Assembly: GCA_002269645.1 (NCBI GenBank)
Contig: NIVC01001491.1
Coordinates: forward strand, 124,001-188,000
Reading direction: 5' to 3'
Origin: Macrostomum lignano
Taxonomy: Eukaryota
Length of the DNA stretch: 64,000 nt
Shown: piece by piece, positions 48,540 through 62,071 of the stretch
Numbering within the stretch: position 1 is the stretch's first letter
Layout of the letters: every line of letters starts with the position of its first letter
The notes under the pieces: model-generated
What the model was told of the DNA's origin: nothing
Databases searched by the model: none
Seen by the model: the letters and a program-made list of their open reading frames with translations, nothing else
Made by a program: the position numbers and the translations under genes

Positions 48540-49940
48540 GCGCATTATAAAGCTATTATCTTATACTTAAAACTCCCTTGGTTAATGCAACTGCACATGA
48601 AGATGCAATGAAGAAAATAAAGAAGCGCACCTAAAGCATTTCACCATCCTTTTACTTTATCGCCAAGAATATACCGGACTGCATTTTCAATAATTGTGCA
48701 GACAAAATTTCAGACAATACAGCTTGTAGGAGTGTTTTAACTACCTTTGGGAAGTGACCTTCCGCATTTCGATTTTGCGTAGTGAGCCATATAGTTTTTG
48801 TCTGCGGTCCAGGTCGTTGCGGAGAGCAGCTAAATTTTTTGCCAGAAAAACTAATGCGAAGCAGAGGCTTTGGTAAATGAAATGCCTGAGAAAGCGGTGC
48901 AGCCTTGTTTAGAACTCTGATTCTGCGTCCAGCATTGCTATGGTCGCTTCAAGCTATTTTATGCATTCAGAGTTCATGTATGTACAGAAGAGACGAGTTT
49001 GAAGCAGAGAAGAGTGACGAAATTTATATTTTTTATATTTTTATCTTTGAGGTACATTATTTTACATCTGTCTTTTATTCTTACCATTTAGCATCATGGT
49101 CCTTGAAGAGACGATTTTCATCTTGAAAGTAACCGGACCTCAATAGCCGCTACCTTCGCTCCCCTGATCTTTAAGTGCAAATTACAGATGAGCAATGCTT
49201 TTGATTGTGCTTATGTTTGGTTTAGCTTTCTCGTAGTTCTGATAGCTAATGTCTTCACTTTAGAGTGGGTTTTTCTCTGAATCTGAAGTTAAATGGTGGA
49301 GTTGTTAATATACGAACTACATCCGTCCGTACGCGCGTGATCTCTCTAACCTTAAATTCTCTATATCTGTCTGGCCCTCCTATTCCCGCTGTATCTGCGT
49401 CTCTTCAGGACTTCTCCTAGACTGTTAAAGTTTAACAAAAATGAGAAATTATTTCAAATCAGCCGGACTAGATAAGACCAGTCTAAGAAAAGGACGTGTT
49501 TAACAACAATGGTTGATGCCTTCAGCCTGGGAAACATCGTTTCAAGAGCGGACTGCTTGAATCCAGTGAATTCTGCCAATTTTTACAGGTACGAGTGCTC
49601 TAACAAGCAGACCTAATCTCTCTGTCCGCCCTGTGGCTAAGTTTCTTAGAAACGCAAAATCGCCGGAGAGGTGGCTCTGCAGGCTCAAATTTGTATCCAT
49701 CTATACTAACTAGATAGGCAAAACAGTATAGAGTGTTGAGAAAAAGCATTCAGAGCACACATTTTCTTTCTGTAATGACTAAAAATAAATGTTACGAATG
49801 ATTGTGAAATATCTGCTTTGTCTTGGACAGAAAAAGACAGATAAAGACAAATTGTGGTGCTACTTTTGCAGATCCTTGTAAGTAGTTAATATAGTAAATA
49901 TAAAAATACTACTGCATTTATGCAACCAGCGCATTTAATT
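48540..49940. repeat. Spacer block X, copy 4 (most complete)
   Basis: Contains all landmarks in order except GAGTTGACGTCACCAA. Confidence 0.75.
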
Positions 49941-49961
49941 TTTAAAGTGGAGCCAAATACT

Positions 49962-50363
49962 CTATTCTCTCACTGGGAGAAGCAGGCTCACTGGGAGAAG
50001 CAGTGGATGTCTCTTCCCTGTGCTCTGACCTTCTATAGGAATCTCTGACCTTCCACCGCAAATTCGTGTTGCAGTCCCGATTATGGAGACCAGCTTTGCT
50101 TTACAAGCTTCGATTTCTTTCTTCTGCTCATCTGTTGGAGGCGACCCAAAATCTTGCGACTCCAGCTTCGGCGCTGCAGCAGGAGCAGCTTTCAAGCGGT
50201 CTGCGATGGCTTTGGCTTTTTTTAGCTCACCAGATCGAATGGAGGCTTTCAAGCCGTCTGCCTCAGCTCGACGGGAGGACCCGGCCGCTGCCTGCTCCAG
50301 CCTCTGCTCTGTGGTTCTCAGCAGCTCCTCCAGGCGCTCTTTTTCCACATCGATAAATTCGAT
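49962..50363 (-). pseudogene. TRIM-like fragment E (coiled-coil exon only)
   Basis: IEFIDVEKERLEELLRTTEQRLEQAAAGSSRRAE...ICGG. The upstream part is replaced at ~50364 by block X sequence, with no RING exon. Confidence 0.8.
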
Positions 50364-50364
50364 A

Positions 50365-52260
50365 CTTGAGAAGGCGATGCAACCTTGTTAAGAATTCCAT
50401 TTCTGCTTTTGTCATTTCAAGCTGTTTCAAGCATTCAGAGCTCATGCATTTACAGCGGAGACGAGTAGCAGTAGAGAAGTGTGACGAAGTTTTTATTTTT
50501 ATTTTTGAAGTACTTTATTTTACACTTGTCTTTTATTCTTATCATTTAGCATCTTGCCTTCTGAACAAACGATTTTCACCTAACAACCAACCTGTAGCTG
50601 CTACATGTACTCCTCGCCTTCTAATCTTTGAGTGCAAATTACAGAGAAGCAATGCTTTTGATTGTGCTCATGTTTGGTTTATCTAGTTCTTTTAGCTTAT
50701 CTCTCCACTTTAGAATGGGCTCTTCTCTAAGCCTTAAGTTAAACGGCAGAGTTACGAGCTAGTTAATAACCAAGCTGAATTCGTTCGTACGTCCGGTCTC
50801 TTCGACGTTTTATGCAGGGCCTTTTCTATTCTATCTATCCCTATCCCTATTCTATCTATATCCTGGTGTATACAGAAGATTCGTGGAGTTTAGAGTTTTA
50901 GTTTCAAAATCAGTTGAGTGCAAATTGCCTGCATACGAGTAGAATGAAAAAATTATGCTTAAAACTCCACTTCTAGTGCTATGGCTTGTAAATTCAGTTG
51001 CAATGCAGATGCAATGAAAGTAATAAAAGAAGTCCTCTTTGGCATTTTACCACCTATAACTTCATTTCGAAGAGCTGTATTGTCACTAAATTGGCAGATC
51101 AAATTAAATAATTTTGATTATTGAAGCTCGTAGGAGTTTTTTATCTATCTTTGAGAAGTAACGCTGTAGGACAGTGATACACTTATTCCTGCGGCCCAAG
51201 TTGGTGCTGAGAGCAGATGGGTTAAATAGCTTCTAATGGGAAGCAGAGGCTGAGGTAATTAAAATTCTTGAGAAAGCGGTGCAACCTTGTTTAAAATTCC
51301 GTTTTTCCGTGCTGTTGTCGTTTCAGTTATTTTATGCATTCAGAGTACATGTGTGTACAGTGTGGAGACGAGTTGCAGCAGTGAAGGGTGACGAAATTTA
51401 TGTTTTTTACTGTGAGCTACTTTGTTTTACATCTGTCTTTGATTCTCACCGTTTAGCAGTTTAGCTTTGAAAAGACGATTTTACCTTACAACCTCTAGCT
51501 GAATGTATAGCTGAATGTATTTTGCCTTTTTAAATTTTAGTTCAATTCCATGGGAGAAATGCTTTTGGTTTTGCTTGCGTTTAGGTTAACCAGTTCTCTT
51601 AGCTAATGTCTTCATGTCACGGCGGGCTCTTATCTGAGCCTTAAGTTGAACAGGGGATTCAATTAATAAACGAGCTACATCCGTCCGTACGCCTGATCAA
51701 ACTCTTTGTCCTTGAATGCCGGCCCCTCTTGTCTCCTTGCAGCATCCGTCTCTTTAGGGCTATTTCAAGATAACGTAAGTTAAAAAAAAACAAGCAATAA
51801 TGTCATAGCAGCCAGACTAAAAAATCAGTGTTAGAAAAGGACGTGGATAGCAAACAAGGGTTGAGGATCTTTATAAGCCTGAGAAGCCTCGTTTTAAGTA
51901 CAGACTGCTTGAACCCGGGGAATTCTGTCAATTCTTACAGGTACGGGTGCTCGTATATAATCTTTCTGTCATCTCTAAAAATATACTTTACAAATGATTG
52001 TGAAATATCTGCTTTGTCTTTATTGACAGAAAGGAGACAGATAAGGATAAATAGTGGTGCTAGTTTCGCAGATCCTTCTAATTAGTACGTGTATGATTGT
52101 TACTACTGTATTTATGCAGCCAGCGCATATGACTCGACAGTGGAGAAAATTATATGTGAAGTGAGAAGTGTACTGAAGGAAGGTTTTATGATTTTTATAT
52201 AATTTATAGTTTTAATTTATGAAGAGTTGACGTCACCAATAAACTGTTGTTGACACCAAG
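50365..52260. repeat. Spacer block X, copies 5 (50365-50830) and 6 (50940-52260)
   Basis: Two successive occurrences of GAGAA(A/G)GCG(A/G)TGCAACCTTGTT and downstream landmarks. Confidence 0.72.
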
Positions 52261-53002
52261 GACCACTTTTGGAACTTTGCATAACATTTTACTCTTCTAA
52301 TATTTTACAGTTTTGTATAGACTATCATATTATCCGTATGAATTAAAGTAGCCAAAACATACGCTCGTACATGTATGAAAGATAAGCAAGGTTACTTTAA
52401 GGTATGAAGTAAGGACTAACATAAGTAGTGTTTTGGTTACATGTGCACTCTACATCTCAAGTGCACCCTTACGCAATTCTGATTTGTACAGTGCAGCCTA
52501 AAGAAGCTTAAAACAGAAAAGATTTCGAGATTAGCCTGGGATATACGAACTTAAATCGAAACTGAAGTGCTTAACATCTGTCATGTGAAACTTTGTTTAC
52601 AAAGAATCATTCATATCGTGTTATATATGAAATATGAAAAATTAACCACCTGAGCATAAATAATTATTTTTCTGATTACTATCAGTTCCATAGTAATACC
52701 GATTATTCAAGTTTTTAGTCTCTATGCCACTAAAAAACAGTGTTAATCAGCGATAGAAAAAATGTGATACAAGTATTTTTTATGATACAAGCATTAGCGT
52801 TGAAATGAAAAATAAGTAACTTTTTATTGTCACATTTCGTGAAAACAATAAATGATAAGTTTTACAATACGTGCTGATTTGTTACTTCTTTTTTGAAATA
52901 AAAACACTGTTTTTAATCTCTTTCGCTCTCGCCCTTTTGCAACCAATATATCAAGCGCGCTGGACCATCGTGCAGTCGCCGGACAGCACTGCATGTTGCC
53001 AG

Positions 53003-53919
53003 CTATATATCATCATATATAGCCTCTGCATATATCGTATCATCTTCAAAATCATCACGACAGCTCACACCTCCGCAAATTCCTGTAGCGGTCCCGATTA
53101 CGATATCCAGCTTTGCTTTACAAGCTTCGATTTCTTTTGTCTGCTCATCGGTTGGAGGCCACCCGAAATCTTGCGAGTCCAGCTTTGGTGCAGTGGCAGC
53201 AACTTTCAGCTGGTCTGCGATGGCTTTGGCTTGCTGCAGTTGGCTAGATCGAAGGGAGGCTCGCAGGTCGTCTGCCTCAGCTCGGCGGGAGGACCCGGCC
53301 GCTGCCTGCTCCAGCCTCTGCTCTGTGACTCTTAGCAGCTCCTCGAGGCGCTCTTTTTCTATATCGATAAATTCGATAAGACTTTTGATCTGAGCTTTCC
53401 AAGGCTGCAATGTAGCGCTGACTTGGTCACATTCCTTTGCATCTTTCTCCACAGATTTTAACAGGTTCTCGCATTCAGTCTGGGGAGAGAATAGTTTCAT
53501 TTCATTAACTTTCGTGTCAATACCTCCTGTACTTCAGCACAAATTACCTGAAACTTCAATCGATGATCGCAGAAGTGCAGATCGCAAAAATCCAGGTCGC
53601 AGTGACCGCATTTGACAAAGACTGAGTTGGAGCACCGGGATTTGCCTTCAAACATTTGGCAGGTGGCGCCGGGCGGCGGTTTCGACTTGAAAGCCTGGAC
53701 GAGCTTGGCCCTGATGGCATCCTGCTTAGGTTTGGAAAGCATCTCTCGGCACTCCGGACACTTTGCGGGTCCAAAAAGGGACATGTCCGAAATGCGTTTG
53801 TAGCATTCGCGGCACAGCGTGTGGTGATTTGGGCACACGAAACACGGATCAGTAAAGATGTATTTGCACACCGGGCACAGCAGGTCTTCGTCGTCAGGTC
53901 GCTTTTGAGCTTCCATCAT
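53003..53919 (-). CDS. TRIM-like gene F (exons 53919-53548 and 53479-53003; ~282 aa)
   Basis: MMEAQKRPDDEDLLCPVC...; phase-0 intron FQ|TECENLL. The start is provisional because a phase-1 acceptor exists at 53942. Confidence 0.8.
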
Positions 53920-56900
53920 GGACGAATTGCCAAGGGAGCTCACTGTTTCCAATAATAATTGGTGCAAATGCACTTTTTAGCTGTGCGACGGTTACACTAA
54001 GAAAATAATTTTTGAGCTGACTTGTTTTATACTTTACTGTTCTCGTAATCAAAAATGACGTGCAAAATGTTTCGCTAGATATGAAAACCAGGCCAACCTT
54101 TAGTCTGTCAGCCATGCAACTCAGTTTGCTAAAGACTGCTTGAAGTCATATAAGAAAGGACGCTAAACAAAGTACATTTTATGAAACCAACCAAAGTATT
54201 TTGATGCGAGCTATTAAAACCCCTTGATAATCTTTATTTTAGGACATTTTTCGAATCGCAGATAAGCTCTATCACTCTTCAATCCAGAAGAATTCTATAA
54301 TTAGGACTTTGATTTTTTATTTGTTTCAGAAAAGTAAATAAGAAAATTCTCAGTTTATAAAAATGCACCAGTAAGCATAATGCAAAATTAGCTATGACAA
54401 AATGCCTATTCTTGTCTACACTAAATTTGACGCAGTGTAGCAAACTTTTGAAAATTTTTGCCTTTAGCAACTATTTTTTCAATAGATCCGCGTTAGTAGT
54501 ATGTTTTGCTTTAAACTGCTTTTTTATCTAAGTTCAGTTGATGAGGACGCACTTTTTTCCAAATTTCACGCTCGCACATGGGTTCAAAACTTGCTAGCCT
54601 ACTAACAGCATGCTATGGGCGTTTTTTTCTTTTTCTTTTGTATTTTTTCTAGAATTCATCCTAGTAGGACTTCTGTAGCTATATTAATCTGCCATACTTG
54701 TAGTTATAATAACATAGGCGCGGTTTTTTGCTGCTTTTGGGTCATAAATCATTGCGTCTGAGCTGGTCTGACAGCCACCTGCGCCTCAGTGCTGGGGCTG
54801 GCGCCAGATGATCTGAGAGGATGCGGGCGGTAGCTTTTTTCTCATCATTTTGACAGTCCATCAAGATTTATGAGGTCAGGGCCTATTGTTCGTGTTCACT
54901 CAAGCGTGTGACAGCTTTGGCAGCTATGCGTTTTACCTCTAAAAGTACGATGGGATTAGCGATTAGCGATTTCTCTTCATTATCTTCACTTTCTAATTAA
55001 TAAGAGCTTTCTAATGTATATTTTTTAATTAGTTTTTGTCAATTCTACGCGGAAAGTCATAAATCATTTTGTTGCGATTTTTATTGATTTATGGCCGCAT
55101 CTGTCATATATTTACGACCCCGAGGGAACTGATAGGATCTCTTGGTCACGTGACTTTGGGTGGCAACAAGCTCAGCCGATCAGAAAATTCGACGTGCGTT
55201 GTAACAAATCGGCTCAGCCAATCAGAATCGAGGTGTTCCATTATAACAAATTGCGGTCCAGTTGGTGGCTATTTAAACCGGCGTTTTTGGCCGGCGCGGA
55301 CCTCAACTGGCTCGGAACTTCCTGCTACTTGCTCGGGCCCAGTACACGACCGTCGTTTCTTGATCCCCGGATTGCGACTTCCCCCATCATCATCAAGGAT
55401 GAGTCCCCCTGGTCGTCAGCAGTAAACATCAAAGTTAAGAGCATCACCTGCTAGCTATCAGCGAAGATTGGGACATCAGCATCATCCCGGGTCTACAGCT
55501 GCGAAGCACTAAGCCGATTCGGTCGCTGTGGATTTCCTGGTCTCCGCCTGTTGAGTTTCTGATTGGTTGGGTAGAGGCTACCTAGACTTGCTTGATTGGG
55601 TGATTCCTCATCTGTCCCCTGTTTCAGTAGCTGGATTAGGCGCACACTTTTGCTCATTTTGTTCAGTAGTGCTGTTACTGAGGCAGAAATCATTCAATAA
55701 TACTGATAGTAGTCTGAAACTCCAATTCAATCTGAAGTGTGAGGAGATCTAAGGAGAAGGTTAGATCTAACAGTTATTTTTATCGGTTTTATTTCTTTGT
55801 TCGCCGATGGCTCAGATGAGTAGCTAAGCTAGTAGGCGCCGGTCACAGTGGACCAATGGCAAGGCAGTTCTCAATCGATCAATCTATCAAATCAGTTAGC
55901 GAAACTGCCAGTAGTGCAGAATCGGCGCCAGAGATGTACTTTGTGCACTCTAGGTTCGCCAAGCGGCTCGGGTAATGAATCATGTGGTCTCTGAGGTTCG
56001 AGTTAGCCTATCATCAGCACTAGGAGAGGCTGGTTGGCGCGTTGAAGGCCAAAAGTACAATTCTTCGTATTTAGCAATGTAATAGTACATGTAGCTACCC
56101 CATAGTCTCGCCACTGCAAGAATCCCCTGCACAAGTCCCCTCTGTACCTGCATGGCCAATGCGATCAAGTCCCAGCAGTGTCCCTTAACATCGGCTATGA
56201 CTTCGAGATTGACAGCAACAAGACACTAGTTGGCAGTTAAGTGCAAAGCCCCTTCTAGTCGGAAGCCCGATTTCGAGAGTCCCGGTGTAGTGAGCCAGGG
56301 CCCACGGGCTGGTGGCAGCGAGTTAGTTAATCTGCGGGTTAGCTAATTTCTACTTTCAAAATTCTCCCTGCTCGTCTCTCGCTGTCCCTCTCTTAGCTAT
56401 AGGACCTAGACTGCTCGCCACACGATCAAGCTACCATGGGGCTGACCATCTGACAGGAGTGGGGGGGCAGGACTCTAATTTATTGATTTCTGAGACCTGA
56501 GGCCCGAAGGCTTCCCCACAAGGGAGCTGAAAGGCCGAAACCCATCACAGCTAAAAATGTCCAAAAACGATTTTATCGAAATGATTAAACCTAATTGTCG
56601 GTTAAAACCTAATTGTTCAAGTGAAACAGTGCTGTACACGAGTTCATGGGCATGAAACTTTAACTTAACTTCTGCTAGTGTAATAATCTAGGGATTTCAG
56701 ATATGGACTTATCGGGGACTTAGAATAATACGAGAATAAGGGTTTATGTTAAAAAGTATCTAGACAGAAATTTCAAAATATTTATTCAACTCATAACTCG
56801 TTATTGTCATTAACTTTTCTTAGCTCAAGTGTCCCTTTTCGGGGTATCAATGAATGAAATTTCGTCTCGAATTTTCGTAGTCTATGGTAAAACAAGTTCC

Positions 56901-57032
56901 AACAAGTATGGTTTTATATTTTAAAAGAAATTATACTTTTATAGGATTATTACGATTTAGTTTTCTTCTACGCTTTCGTACTTTTATATTTTCGTAACAG
57001 TAACGCAACACTTTTCGGCTTGTTAATTCAGT

Positions 57033-57581
57033 TCATTCAATCAGACGACGTTTTACTTTTTCCAACCTACTGATTACCTTGTATTTTTGGACCATGGACA
57101 CTAGCATCCGATTGGCAGCGGTAAACACGGGATCTCCGATAATGTTTACTCCTGGATGGTTGAGATTGAAGAACCTACAGAGTCTGGCTCGAATGCAAAT
57201 CAGTGTTGGAGGCGCATAGAACAGGCCATCCTGGGTCCTTAGCGTTGAATAGAAGAAACGCAGATAGTTGTTCAAAATAGTAGGAGGTACTCGCATCAGA
57301 TCTGATGACAATTGCTTATCAGTCAAAAACGTTTGAAACCTCCTCACAGCGTCCGCCATCTGTCTTTCAGAGGACTTCGGGATTCCTTCTCGTTCAATTT
57401 CTTTAAGTTCCTCGAGCGCATCTTCGCTTAGGTCTTGGATCTCTTCAGCGTCTAGTTGTCGAGCGAACTCACCACTCAATTCTTCCAAATAGCGGGTTGC
57501 TGACTCTGACGACACCCAATGCAAATCCTCTGTTGACAGACCACTGATAAGTTGGTCGGGCAGATTCGCATAGTTCAACAT
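57033..57581 (-). mobile_element. Crypton / DUF3504-type tyrosine-recombinase N-terminal fragment
   Basis: IPKSSERQMADAVRRFQTFL...LNNYLRFFYSTLRTQDGLFYAPPTLICIRARLCRFF...NIIGDPVFTAANRML matches the Crypton/ZMYM/KCTD1-type N-terminal pattern. The catalytic half was not found. Confidence 0.75.
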
Positions 57582-58249
57582 TCTTAGTCAGTAGTTGATT
57601 CGACAGACAGAACTTTCTAGAATCGTTGCTTCAAAACGCGGCTCCATAGCCCCGTCCTCTCGATTAATCCGAGTGTTTAGTCTATGGCACAAGGATTTGC
57701 CCATCCACCGAAAAAATAGCCTTCGACCATAGACTTTCTCAACTTTCTGCCTATCTCTAACATAGTGCCCGCAAATTTCCACATTTTTACCCGCAAATTT
57801 CTTGCATTGATTAAGTTAGTGACAATCTTATTGACATAGAATTTTGCTAGTTGTCAATGCGGAATTCTATGTTAATGTTATATTGTTGCGATGCATGCAT
57901 CATTCGGGGCTCAAGAATGATCATACAAGAAAAAGATATTATATGTTTTATGCTTTTAAAAAGCTCATTAAAACAAATTTTAAAAAGCATCTTGTTCATG
58001 CTCTATAGAAGTTAAAAATTCCTACTATATTATCAGGTTGAAATGTTGCATAATCATCATATTGGCATTTAATTTAATCGAACTATATTTTAAGCACGGC
58101 CGTGCTGATGCAAATTTCACACTGCAGGTAAAAATAGTTAAATATTTGCTTTCAAGTATTCGCTGGCTGCATTCGAAATGGCAGTTGTCATATATATCGA
58201 AGTTTCATTAGTTCGCATTGCTTTTGTCTTGTCTCTTAAGTCTCCATAG

Positions 58250-60921
58250 TCAGGGTACAAAGCGACGCAGAATCTGCCTGAACGGCTCCTCAGGATGGCC
58301 TCTACCAGCGGCCGAGAACCTTCCAGTCGGTCGAAGGACGCCGCTAGGCGTGAGTATCGTCGAGTCGCCGTGCACCGCCTCTAGAAACGGTCGCTCCATC
58401 TCGTGTCCCAACTCTGTCGCTTTTAAATCGAATTCCTGACCAGATTTTACCGGCGGAGACACCTTCGGCGTCTTAGTCAACGAATTCAAGTTGTGAAGTC
58501 CTCGACGATTCAGTCTGTTGAAGGCGACACTGGCCACTTTTAAGTCGCCAGTGTCCAGAGCTTCGCGCAACTCGACAGCATCGGCAGCCGCGGAAGTTGA
58601 CAGGGCAGCTCCGCGCGAGGAATCCGCCATCTCGGCGGCCATAGCGGAGAGCGCATCGAATCGCTGCCGCTGATGCTCCAGGGCATCGCGACAGTCGGCA
58701 AAGAGGCGACTCCACTGCTGTAGAGCCGACTGGCGCTGCTTGGCTGACTGGTTTGCCGACTCTGCCGCTCTAATTAAAGTGCTGGACTCCTCCTGAAAGA
58801 AAATTTGACAAGTTGACATGTAGAACATGAACACTAATTGCAGCAATATCCGTTGTAAACCGTTGCTTTGTTAAAATTTGAGCGAAAAATGTTAGTTTTA
58901 GTTTTGGAACTTTAGTTTTATGTAATAATAATTAATTACCTCGTGCACCTGCCCAAATAGGCAGATGTGCAACCGACAGCTCAGCCGCAGCTATTGCGCG
59001 GCGCATCTGAAGGCTGCGTACGGCTGTTCAGTCCAAGGACTGGGGGGGGGGGGGGGTCGCCACATGCACCCTCAATTACCCCAGCTAATGCTGGCACCCA
59101 TTTTACAGCTGGGTGAACTGAAGCAATGCAGAGTTAAGTGCCTTGCTCAACGACACAAATTGTTCCGAGTGGGTTGAGAATCGAATCGAGGATCGACCTT
59201 TCAGTCGTGAGTTTCGACGCTGTAACCATTAGGCTACAACCCCTTTGTTGCAGTTTATTAATATTTGTTGTTACTTTGGTAAAACAATAGGAATCGGAAA
59301 TCCTATTATAGTTTAGAATTTATAGCTTTGCATACGAGTATAAGTAGCAAACTACGAGCATAAGGTATAAATACGGTATTCCACCCAAATAATTTTTATT
59401 GTCAAAGCTGTCAATCAGTTATAATTGTGTTCCCCGTGTAAAGTCAACAGATCATCAAGTACTCCTAAAAAGATATGTAAAGTCAGCTTAATGAAAGCCA
59501 ATCTTAGATTCATGAAAGGTCTAGAAATGGAGGATCAAGGCTGAAAGCATTGCAGCAAACCTGGGAGAAATCCGAATGACCATATTTTTTAAGGATTCAA
59601 AATGGTCTAGCGCTTATTAAGGTATTCAATCGCTGTTTATTAAAAAAGTGTTTGTTATGCTACTGATTGAGGGAAATACCAATGAAAGAAAACATACGGC
59701 TATTGATACGGATCGAACTGCTACAAACCGATGACTACTTCTACCGATTGATCTGTTACAAACCAATGACTACTTCTACCGATTGATCTGCTACAAACCA
59801 ATGACTACTTCTAGCGATTGATCTGCTACAAACCGATGACTAATTCTACCGATTGATCTGCTACAAACCAATGACTACTTCTAGCGATTGATCTGCTACA
59901 AACCGATGACTAATTCTACCGATTGATCTGCTACAAACCGATGCCTACGTCTACCGATTGATCTGCTACAAACCAATGACTACTTCTAGCGATTGATCTG
60001 CTACAAACCGATGACTAATTCTACCGATTGATCTGCTACAAAACAATGACTACTTCTACCGATTGATCTGCTACAAACCGATGACTACTTCTACCGATTG
60101 ATCTGCTACAAACCAATGACTACTTCTACCGATTGATCTGCTACAAATCAATGACTACTTTTATCGATTGATCTGCTACAAACCGATGCCTACATCTACC
60201 GATCGAGGACTACTAAATTTAAACAACTATAAAAGATTGAACGACCGTACAGCAATCATGCGCTTTCGTTAAACTAACTCTGAACGTTTTAACTTACGAA
60301 GTTACGATTATAACCCACCTTAAATCGCATCTGATCGTTAGCGTAATGCATCTCGCACAGGTTCCGATCGCAGTGCTCGCACCTGGCAAATACCTGCTGC
60401 AGACAGGCACAGTTACCGGCACCCTCTCGAGCGTCGCATTTCGCGTGATGAAGCCACTGCTCCCGCCGACGCCAGCTGTCTACCACGCCGCGGACGTGAG
60501 GATTCTCCAGCGGACGATCGACCAGACGCTCGCGACAAATCGGACAGCGGGCCACCTCGCCAGACGAGTGACATTTGGTTGCGATAGCCTGGTGACAGCC
60601 GCGGCACAGAGTGTGATGACGGCTGCACACGAAGCACGGATCAACGAAGGTGCTCAAGCACACTGGGCATTTCAGCTCCTCTTCGAGATCTTTGACTGCC
60701 GGAATCGAAACGTATTTTTGCATTTAAATAGACAGTTTCAAAACTTGAGCACTTTGCTCAGGTTTGTTGCGTTTTAAGATTGATTCAATTTGATCATAGT
60801 CTACCGTAATACCGAAAGACTTAATTGTTAAATGTCATGGGTTTGAATTTTTACAACAAAAAACTTTACAATGCAGAAACAACAACTTAGATAACTTACA
60901 GGTTCCACTTTCTGCAGACAT
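58250..60921 (-). CDS. TRIM-like gene G (exons 60921-60900, 60695-60319, 58792-58250; ~313 aa)
   Basis: The micro first exon MSAESGT|gtaag is phase 1 like gene A. RING and B-box-like exon present; 1.5-kb phase-0 intron FK|EESSTLIR. Confidence 0.82.
58921..59243 (-). mobile_element. SINE family A, copy 4 (intron of gene G)
   Basis: Same core and tRNA head as copies 1-3. Confidence 0.85.
59721..60205. repeat. 35-bp minisatellite (CTACAAACCGATGACTACTTCTACCGATTGATCTG), ~14 units, intronic
   Basis: Contiguous units with variant positions. Confidence 0.95.
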
Positions 60922-61695
60922 AATCGCAGGCCTAGTCATAGTCCTTCTTTATAGTAAAGGTACTTTAGATTGAAACAATTGCAAGGTTGAGTTAGTTGCA
61001 GGAAAAAGTGTCACCTCAACAAAGATGAATGCTCTTCACATGGCCTGAATGCTTTAAGAGGAGGAGGCCTCTTGTGTTCTCTGAGCAGACAGAAGTTTAG
61101 TTCTCACTCTGGTCTGTACACTGGGAATATAGTACATTCACTTACGAGTACAGCTGGGTTAGGGTGGACTAGAAAGAGATTGCAGCTCAGTGAGTATATA
61201 TGGAGTACAGTAAAGGTTTGAGAAGCTACACTGCAGACACCTCAGACTGTACGCGGGCACGGAAATTGAAAAGTTTATTGTTTGAGACCAGTGAACTGTA
61301 CTTACTCGGAATGCCTTATCAAACTATGAAAAATTACTGAAGTAATTCAGGCAAAAGCGCTGAGTGCAATTCCAGGCACTGAGAGATAATATGTATTCAA
61401 AATAAATTTTAACCTTTTTGTTAATGACAGATGTTTCGTATCCTCTCAGTTACTAAATATGCAGTACTCCGAAGTACGAATTCAAACTATGTTCTGGAAA
61501 TGCCAACAACTGCACTACCGCCAACTTCATTCTCTTTTTGTGTCTTTTATCAAACGTTACCATTTTTAAAGTCTATCAAAATAGATAGTAATATTATATT
61601 CTGATGCCACACTTTCGAGGACATTGACTCACAATTGACTCGCAATGTGGCAATGCGCGGAATCAAACAACTTGTCGAGGTGCATTATAGCGCAT

Positions 61696-62071
61696 TTTTT
61701 TATTTTTTTTATTTTTTTTTTAGAGGCAGGGGGGTTGTGTGCACCCTGGCGCACTTTAAGCGACATAGGCACACAACCGGCGAGAGGCATTACTGCCCAT
61801 TCCGCCGACTCCCCTGAGCAGGCACACAAGCGCGCGGATACGTACGCAGGCACACACTCACACAGGAGTGTACAGCGGCCCTAACTTTATATTATCGTTA
61901 GGCATGTACACTTCACTGCGCCTTGGGGGTTGGCTCTCAAGGCAGTTAATTGCACGAGCAGAGCCAAGCCGAGATTCCAATTCAGCCCCAAATTAATGTG
62001 ACTGCACTTGGAATCGAGCCTGGGTCGCTGGCACACCAGAGCAGCTGCGCTACCGCTGGGCTACGGCCCCC
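61696..62071 (-). mobile_element. Young SINE family B copy with 13-bp TSD
   Basis: TSD CATTATAGCGCAT at 61683 and 62074; near identical to the 41.7 kb copy. Confidence 0.9.

Noticed and set aside
56480-56570. Hammerhead ribozyme-like motif (CTGAGGCC...GGCCGAAAC)
   Set aside because: It lacks the CUGANGA core, and I could not form stems I and III.
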